The notes under the pieces: model-generated
Database searches by the model: none
Told to the model about the DNA's origin: nothing
What the model saw: only the letters and a program-made list of their open reading frames with translations
In this document: positions 47,501 through 52,630 of the stretch, piece after piece
How positions within the stretch are numbered: the first letter of the stretch is position 1
Layout: each line of letters starts with the position of its first letter
Position numbers and translations under genes: made by a program
NCBI GenBank assembly: GCA_038884715.1
Contig: JAWABG010000003.1
Coordinates: forward strand, 41,304 to 93,933
Direction: 5' to 3'
DNA length: 52,630 nt
DNA from: Candidatus Woesearchaeota archaeon
GTDB lineage: Archaea > Nanobdellota > Nanobdellia > Woesearchaeales > UBA9642

Positions 47501-48015
47501 GGCAAATTCTCAATTTGCATATTTAAATCCTGGCTGTCTGGATCAGATGCGGTTATTAGAAATAGTAACAATTGTCCTTCATCAATTATCTTGTTTCCTA
47601 TTGGATTAAGTACTGGTGGTCTATTTGGTTGTGTTGCTTCATTAACAATCAGTGTTAATTCTCGTTGCTCCCATGATCTAAAATCACTAACTCTTACTTT
47701 CACATGATATGTTCCCGGGTTCAAATAAATACCGGGTGTTGCTGTATATTCGTGGTAAAAATAATTTTCATTATAATGAATTATATTATCAAATTCATAC
47801 AAGAAATTATAATTGTTGTCTGTAAAATTAACAGAGATATCAATGGGTGGATGCAATCCATATGCGAATACATAAAATGTTGCAGTATCACCTTGATTAA
47901 TTGTTTTAACTGTTGTGTTATCCATCCATAATGTGCTAAGAGTTACAGCCAAAACAGATGGAATTAAAAAAAACATCATTAATATTAACGGAATAAATAT
48001 AGCGAATTTTTTCAT
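44512..48015 (-). CDS. Large secreted adhesin-like protein with cadherin-like, PKD and Ig-like repeats
   Basis: Signal peptide FAIFIPLILMMFFLIPSVLA. Cadherin-like repeats (NRPPVLNPIGNKIIDEGQLL...ASDPDSQDL; VNRAPILEHISDINITEGE...ASDPDNDTLTF). PKD motif YYWDFGDGENSTETNPIHIYQNTGVYTAFLTVSDG. Duplicated module LEWSSSINGILGYGRTIQHNLSVGTHIITLTGTDSQGL / LHWKSSIDGDIGTGRKITQLLSRGRHTITLTGIHESGL. No C-terminal anchor. Confidence 0.8.
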   Translation of the reverse strand: MKKFAIFIPLILMMFFLIPSVLAVTLSTLWMDNTTVKTINQGDTATFYVFAYGLHPPIDISVNFTDNNYNFLYEFDNIIHYNENYFYHEYTATPGIYLNPGTYHVKVRVSDFRSWEQRELTLIVNEATQPNRPPVLNPIGNKIIDEGQLLLFLITASDPDSQDLNMQIENLPTGATVTEINPNEWQFSWRPNFNQAGIYPVFFIVSDGEGGIDSERINITVNNVNRAPILEHISDINITEGEIAIIRAYASDPDNDTLTFSINNPRFQQSNNVFTWQTHEGDEGVYTVRVYVSDGSLQDYQDITVTVNNLPYENHAPIAIANATPQQGYAPLIVHFRGDQSYDPDRDTITYYWDFGDGENSTETNPIHIYQNTGVYTAFLTVSDGNLYDISEPLVIYVNEPMHRLNVSSIVCFPSIIVRHNQSCSVYVSDIQTGQPVGGAQVIIYFYDPDEFGRCITDRITGGCEAQRQMNRTGNFTVYAEAHKEGYIPDNDTWPRYRFQVIPQAYRIVDLTIYNDSNFQHEDYDFFRGENLYAKFRVVDLGNNTVPNEIVSMAALVSHPGGRVNLTRMSFENGYYYYKLEPIPPSHDFLGDSFVFAFVFNNGQGGEAQVGVSIRNNPPDIIGMPIEVTMYENETLTFELQNYEYDVEDSGSNLTWIADIPYNNYFTGDVVGKTLHLIATSPGEAYITLILTDLDGATDASRVLVKVLPIEHPNTPPNVIILSPNDNSQFKENEIIIFTGRGFDVEDGPLPNSSLEWSSSINGILGYGRTIQHNLSVGTHIITLTGTDSQGLRSNDTIRVIVLESPPDNYPPTAVITSPKNNARVLSPIKLTGYGTDTDGQSIRRLRPEELSWYYIDLNKVHRKVASISDDTSQISGVIIQSKENPIKDIVSINSDLGGGKYTDSIMNIRKSLSYERIFIGKGDEQIIDLEPGTYQIILKATDEDGMTDEDSIIIYVVKTQEVDVKIISPADGTLFENRAIQFTGTGSYFDGIDYIPLRDDQLHWKSSIDGDIGTGRKITQLLSRGRHTITLTGIHESGLQDIDVITITVGEKVEEDEARLYIGDIDLIGVEAGEKFRAKTTDTVRLNVFIENTGDFDLDDLELYLIIPELGIKTQSVRFNIEKGEDDNVELDFDLYNEPVGLYNAKIVIQNRDIKRVKYRDLRIIN

Positions 48016-48151
48016 CTATACCACCTTTGATTTATTTTTTATTATACTCGTTTTTAATTATGCACTTATTTAGTTCATAAGTTAATATGATGTTGTCCAC
48101 ATATATTTGTATGCATTATAGTATATTCAACATTAAAAATAATATTGAAAA

Positions 48152-49573
48152 TTAATGTATTGGAAATCCAAAAGACAGTTTAACTGACCAGTTATGCGGG
48201 TTATATGCTTTAATTTCTGCGCCAGTTTGATTAGGACCAAGTCTGATTTTTGGATCGTTGGGCGAGTACATACCAATTAAACTTAAAACGATGGGGGTTT
48301 CAAGAGTTAATCCTGCACCCAACATATAATGAGATTCTTTATCATCTTGTGTCCAAGAATAACCACTAGCGTCTAAAATATTTCCATTTCTTGATTCAAT
48401 TCTCTCAGTGACATCATGATTCGCAGTTATATTATAAATATCAAAGCCTGCTATCAAATTTGCCCAAAGATGTTTTTCTATTCTTATTTTTGGTCCTGTA
48501 AATATTTTGATGTTATTAAAATCTACGTTTGAACATTGCTCACCAACTCCACGCAAACCATTCGGCATATATGGCGTCTGTTCATAGATTGTGGTTCCTA
48601 AGTCATTGCTTCTTGTTTTAAACAAACCCCCAACCAGTATACCAAGATTGTGTGTTAAAGAAATTCCAAAATCAATCCCATAAGCATCTTGATTCGTAAG
48701 ATTTAATGTTATATATGAATTGTTTCTTGTTTTTTGATTGGTTGATGGTTTCTCTTTATCGACTTGTTCTGATGGTGCAACAGGTGGCATAATAATGGGT
48801 GAGTGTGTTTCAACTTGTGTGAATGTTGGTAATTGTGTGAGTGTTGGAGTATAATCTGAAAAATGTATCATAATCTTTCCTGAGGTCGAACCTTTAATTT
48901 TCCCATCTTCACCAATAACAGAATATTGTATTACGTATAAACCATCATGAAATTTTTTGTTTTCATCTTCTGTCCATTGGGAGTCATTATCAAATGCTTT
49001 TTGCAATATTTCAGCATTTGCAATGCTTGTAAAGTATTTATCATCAACTCTAAAAAGTTCTCTTGTATTGTTAGACATTGCCTGCTCTCCTCTTTTAGTT
49101 AAAACATTTTTATCATCATTTTTTATTGTGCTTATTTCTCTTTGTTCTCCTATATAACCTGGTAAAAATTTTATTGTAACATGGCCTTGTTTTGAGTATT
49201 CTCCAAAATCGTCCAATAGTTTGCCAATCATCGCATCAAATTTATAGGTTTTCGTAGGGTCATACAAATCATCAATAGGATCTGTAAGTGTGTGAAGGCT
49301 TTGAAAATTATTATAATCTCCGTGAACTTGATATTCACCGATTTTTTTTTCTGGATTTATATTAATAATTATTCCTTTGTCCTTTTTAACTGAATTTTGT
49401 ATTTGAGAAACTTGTTCTATATTATTCTTTTTAGATAGGGGTGTATCTTTGGGCCAATTGGTATAAACGTCTTTAGCTATTGCGAAAGCTCCAAAACTAA
49501 ACAAAAATATACTTGTTGTTTTTACAGTATTGAACGTTTTTTTGATAATTTCAACGAGATCTAATTTTTTCAT
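48152..49573 (-). CDS. Envelope protein with N-terminal anchor/signal and a beta-barrel-like C-terminal domain, hypothetical
   Basis: N-terminal hydrophobic helix TTSIFLFSFGAFAIA. The C-terminal 190 aa or so consist of short amphipathic alternating strands (YGIDFGISLTH, LGILVGGLFKT, IKIFTGPKIRIE, LWANLIAGFDIYNI, HYMLGAGLTLE, IVLSLIGMYS, NWSVKLSFGFPIH) and end in an aromatic-rich strand. Confidence 0.6.
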   Translation of the reverse strand: MKKLDLVEIIKKTFNTVKTTSIFLFSFGAFAIAKDVYTNWPKDTPLSKKNNIEQVSQIQNSVKKDKGIIININPEKKIGEYQVHGDYNNFQSLHTLTDPIDDLYDPTKTYKFDAMIGKLLDDFGEYSKQGHVTIKFLPGYIGEQREISTIKNDDKNVLTKRGEQAMSNNTRELFRVDDKYFTSIANAEILQKAFDNDSQWTEDENKKFHDGLYVIQYSVIGEDGKIKGSTSGKIMIHFSDYTPTLTQLPTFTQVETHSPIIMPPVAPSEQVDKEKPSTNQKTRNNSYITLNLTNQDAYGIDFGISLTHNLGILVGGLFKTRSNDLGTTIYEQTPYMPNGLRGVGEQCSNVDFNNIKIFTGPKIRIEKHLWANLIAGFDIYNITANHDVTERIESRNGNILDASGYSWTQDDKESHYMLGAGLTLETPIVLSLIGMYSPNDPKIRLGPNQTGAEIKAYNPHNWSVKLSFGFPIH

Positions 49574-49859
49574 AATGAATCCCCCAACAATCAGTGGTGT
49601 GTTTATCTATAATGTAAGAAGAACGAAATACTATATAATATATAAATTTTTTGCTTGTAACCCTTTGAGAGTGATAAAGATATTATAAGATATTACTTGT
49701 AAGATTTTATTTCTACACTTTTATTTGGCATAAGTTTATGCTTTAATTCCAAATCAATAAACAAGTAATGAATTAAAAAAAGCTCTAAGAGTATTATTTT
49801 TAAATTTTTTAATAAAAAGAACAAATTTTTATAATATAACTGTTTTAATTAAAGAAGAA

Positions 49860-50960
49860 ATGATATCAGTAATTGGCGCTGGTGTGAGCGGAACAAGTGC
49901 TGCAAGAGAATTATCAAAGCATTTTGATGTCAATATTTTTGAAAAGAATAGAAGCCCATACAAGACGTGCAGTAGTATTTTAACATACAAAATTGAAGAA
50001 GTAGAGAAAATTCCAAAAAAACTGATAAGAACAAGAATCAAAACAGCAAAAATCCACGCCCCGAATGGTAAAATTCTAGAGATTAATTTCAAAAAACCCG
50101 ATATAGTTTTTAACAGACAAGAATTAAACCAATATTTTGCAGACAAAGCCGTTGATGCAGGTGCAAATTTATTTATGGAACATGAATTCGTTCATACTAA
50201 TTATAAATCCGTTGCAATTAAAGATAAAAAGAATAAAAAAATCAAGGATTTTAAAGTAGAATATTTGATAGGTGCAGACGGAGCAAACAGTAATGTTGCA
50301 AAACAAGTAGATTTGTTTGGTAAAAGAAGATTTTTTATTGGAATAAAAGCAGAGCTAAAATCAAAAAATGACAATACGATAAATTTCTTTCCTTACATCA
50401 AAGATTTTGCCTGGCAGAGCCCTATTGACGAGGAAACAATCGAAATCGGAGTGTGTGCAGAACGAAAAGCAAAGGAATCGTTTGATCTTATTATAAAAAA
50501 ATTTTCTGGAAGAATAATAAAAAAAGAAGCAGCAATTATACCAATCTGGAATCCAAAACAATTATTGCAAAGAAACAACGTATTACTCGTGGGTGATGCA
50601 GGAACAATTAATAAAGCAACAACAGGTGGAGGAATAATTTATGGAATAATAAGTGGAAGGATCGCAGCAAAAGAAATAATTAATACCAAGAAAACAAATA
50701 GAAAATTAAAAAATAAATTAAATTATGAAAATGAACTAAGAAAAAAACTTGGTAAAAATCTGTGGGTGCATCTTAAAATACGCAACATATTAAACAAATT
50801 CAGTGAAAAAGATTGGAATGACTTAATAAATAAATTTCAGAATCCAAAACTAAAACAAATTCTCGCAACAGAATCAAGGGATTACCCTTTGAAATTCACT
50901 GGAAAAATGCTTATTAGCGATATAAGTCTAATAAAATATATTGCAAAAATGATTTTGTAG
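49860..50960 (+). CDS. Geranylgeranyl reductase family FAD-dependent oxidoreductase
   Basis: N-terminal dinucleotide fold ISVIGAGVSGTSAARELSK, LIGADGANSNVAK, and LVGDAGTINKATTGGGIIYG, typical of the archaeal GGR / digeranylgeranylglycerophospholipid reductase family. Confidence 0.75.
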   Translation: MISVIGAGVSGTSAARELSKHFDVNIFEKNRSPYKTCSSILTYKIEEVEKIPKKLIRTRIKTAKIHAPNGKILEINFKKPDIVFNRQELNQYFADKAVDAGANLFMEHEFVHTNYKSVAIKDKKNKKIKDFKVEYLIGADGANSNVAKQVDLFGKRRFFIGIKAELKSKNDNTINFFPYIKDFAWQSPIDEETIEIGVCAERKAKESFDLIIKKFSGRIIKKEAAIIPIWNPKQLLQRNNVLLVGDAGTINKATTGGGIIYGIISGRIAAKEIINTKKTNRKLKNKLNYENELRKKLGKNLWVHLKIRNILNKFSEKDWNDLINKFQNPKLKQILATESRDYPLKFTGKMLISDISLIKYIAKMIL

Positions 50961-50997
50961 TGAAATAAAGAAAAAAAAGAGACTATATATCTTAATA

Positions 50998-51690
50998 TTA
51001 CCGCATAATCTTCTTTAGTATCATATTATAGAATATTTTCATTGCCTGCCTGAATCCGCCATGTCCTTTTTTAAGAGTTTCATTATCGTATCTTATTATA
51101 ACTGGCACTTCCTTATATTTAAGATTCTTGTTTTTTATTTCTTCAATAATTTCAGACGCATGAGCCATTCTATCCATTGTAATTTTTATTTTTTTAGCTG
51201 CATTTCTGCTTAATACTCTAAATCCATTATGTGCATCTGTTAGTTTAACACCATAAAAAATATTTTGTACAATTACAGATCCTTTAAGCAAAAATTTTCT
51301 TAATAAAGGTATATTATCTTCGTTTTTATTATCGAGAAACCTCGAACCTAAGCTAACATCGTATTTTCCAGAAACAACAGGCTCTAACATTCTCGGAATA
51401 TCTTCAATCCTTTGTTGATTATCTGCATCAAAATGCACTATTATATCAGCACCATTTTCTAGAGCATAGCTCATACCTGTTTGTAATGCTGCACCCTGAC
51501 CTCTATTTATTATGTGCCTTAATACAGTTGCTCCTGCTTTTTTTGATTCTGAATAAGTATTGTCAACGCTTCCGTCATCTACAACAATAATATTTAAATA
51601 ACCTTTTTTTTTTAATCCATTAATTACTTCAAATATTGACTTACCCTCATTATATGCAGCAATCACAAAAAATACCTTTTCTTTTTTCAT
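50998..51690 (-). CDS. Family 2 glycosyltransferase (polyprenyl-phosphate sugar synthase, ArnC/DPM1-like)
   Basis: VFFVIAAYNEGKSI, IIVVDDGSVDNT, GQGAALQTG, HFDADNQQ (DxD), HNGFRV. 230 aa with no TM tail. Confidence 0.85.
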   Translation of the reverse strand: MKKEKVFFVIAAYNEGKSIFEVINGLKKKGYLNIIVVDDGSVDNTYSESKKAGATVLRHIINRGQGAALQTGMSYALENGADIIVHFDADNQQRIEDIPRMLEPVVSGKYDVSLGSRFLDNKNEDNIPLLRKFLLKGSVIVQNIFYGVKLTDAHNGFRVLSRNAAKKIKITMDRMAHASEIIEEIKNKNLKYKEVPVIIRYDNETLKKGHGGFRQAMKIFYNMILKKIMR

Positions 51691-51866
51691 ATTCTTAAAG
51701 TATATTCATTTTTATATTTACACATTTATATATTTATTAATATTTATATATTTATTATTATAATCTTTATTATTCTCATTTCTAATATTTTTATTATTCT
51801 TATTTTATAATATATACATTAACAATATTTTCAACAACAAGTAATTATAATTTTTTAATAATTTGT

Positions 51867-52208
51867 TCATAGGGTAATAAAAGTTACTCCTAATATAATA
51901 AAGACAATTCCAAGCCATTTTAATATATTCATTTTTTCATGAAGATACTTTATTGATAATAGTGCGATAAAGACATATGTTAAGGATGCGAGAGGATAAA
52001 GAAATGAAAGTTCACTAAATTTCAACAGCCAGACAAATAGCATACATGAAACTCCATAAAAAATAAGTCCAATAAACAGATATTTATTTTTTATCAACTT
52101 ACTAATATTAAATTCCACATTAGGGGCACTTAATTTAAAAAACAAAGATCCTAATGCACCTATAAAGCAGGACACCACCATCAAAATAAGGATTAATACA
52201 ATATTCAT
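51867..52208 (-). CDS. Small 4-TM EamA/DMT-superfamily half-transporter (ArnE/ArnF-like), second of a pair
   Basis: Using the ATG at 52208 (MNIVLILILMVVS...), which overlaps the stop of the upstream paralog as ATGA. It has four hydrophobic helices and the SELSFLYPLASLTYVF motif, paralleling GELSVVYPFFSLSFIW in its neighbour. The track's longer start (52265) lies inside the upstream gene. Confidence 0.6.
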   Translation of the reverse strand: MNIVLILILMVVSCFIGALGSLFFKLSAPNVEFNISKLIKNKYLFIGLIFYGVSCMLFVWLLKFSELSFLYPLASLTYVFIALLSIKYLHEKMNILKWLGIVFIILGVTFITL

Positions 52209-52597
52209 TTTCCACCTCTGGAAATAAATATCACTCCAAGAATAATTGCCATAATCCCGATCCAATCACCAAAATTCATTGATTCTTTTAATATAACAAG
52301 CGACAATAATGATACCCATATAAAACTAAGTGAGAAAAAAGGATAAACCACTGAAAGTTCTCCTTCCCTTAATGCAATTAATAGTAACAATGCTCCAAAA
52401 CCATAAGTCATAAATCCCAGAAGTAATAAATAATTTAATATTAAACCACGCAGTGAAAATTCAAATGTTTTTGATGAATATTTAAATAACAATTGTCCAA
52501 TTGAAGTAAATATAGTCGATAACATTACGAGTATTATTGACTTAACTGAAGTTTTTCTTTTATGATTATTTTTTTTATGTAACATACTATTTTTCAT
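52205..52597 (-). CDS. Small 4-TM EamA/DMT-superfamily half-transporter (ArnE/ArnF-like), first of a pair
   Basis: 130 aa with a basic N-terminus and then four TM helices. EamA-like motif GELSVVYPFFSLSFIWVSLLS. Paralogous to the downstream ORF. Confidence 0.6.
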   Translation of the reverse strand: MKNSMLHKKNNHKRKTSVKSIILVMLSTIFTSIGQLLFKYSSKTFEFSLRGLILNYLLLLGFMTYGFGALLLLIALREGELSVVYPFFSLSFIWVSLLSLVILKESMNFGDWIGIMAIILGVIFISRGGK

Positions 52598-52630
52598 TTT
52601 AAAAGAATCTTTGTATTCCTGTATAATTAA

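Overview
Strongly AT-rich archaeal chromosome segment. Archaeal hallmarks: tRNA genes with bulge-helix-bulge (BHB) introns, RNase P protein Rpp21/Rnp4, RFC large subunit, XPD helicase, archaeal-type AlaRS, form III RuBisCO with AMP phosphorylase, and geranylgeranyl reductase. By inference it looks like a small-genome, DPANN-like, surface-attached archaeon: giant sequon-rich surface proteins, a bacterial-type GAPDH, nucleotide-salvage RuBisCO and patches of gene decay.

Content from left to right:
- Glycan-precursor genes (GT2, UDP-GlcNAc 2-epimerase).
- A GC-richer IS200-type element carrying tnpA only.
- A MoxR / DUF58 / VWA (BatA-like) / DUF212 module.
- A 1255-aa anchored glycoprotein preceded by two tiny paralogous ribbon-helix-helix (RHH) genes.
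- beta-CASP RNase; form III RuBisCO plus AMP phosphorylase; FKBP; class I GAPDH, a Zn-ribbon mini-ORF and PGK.
- NIP7-like protein, a coiled-coil protein, Rnp4, a GT-B-like protein, AlaRS.
- A repeat-rich non-coding island with two small orphan ORFs.
- XPD; a FlaJ/TadC-like membrane protein.
- A tRNA-rich stretch (Phe, Gly, Leu, and Trp further on) interleaved with RFC-L, a YchF/Ygr210-like GTPase and decayed genes.
- Four consecutive minus-strand envelope genes (40.4-49.6 kb).
- A lipid/glycan module (GGR, GT2, two small DMT half-transporters).

Most notable observations:
- All four tRNA genes are interrupted, with six introns in total. tRNA-Leu has a D-loop intron and tRNA-Trp a T-loop 59/60 intron, each with its own BHB.
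- The long tRNA-Trp intron carries a K-turn / box C'-D'-like motif placed so that it could guide C34 methylation.
- The envelope cluster includes a protein with a beta-barrel-like C-terminus.
- A displaced, diverged copy of the GTPase 3' end marks an old insertion.

No CRISPR array, rRNA gene or recognisable defence system was found. All calls come from reading the sequence and the ORF translations; no searches were run.
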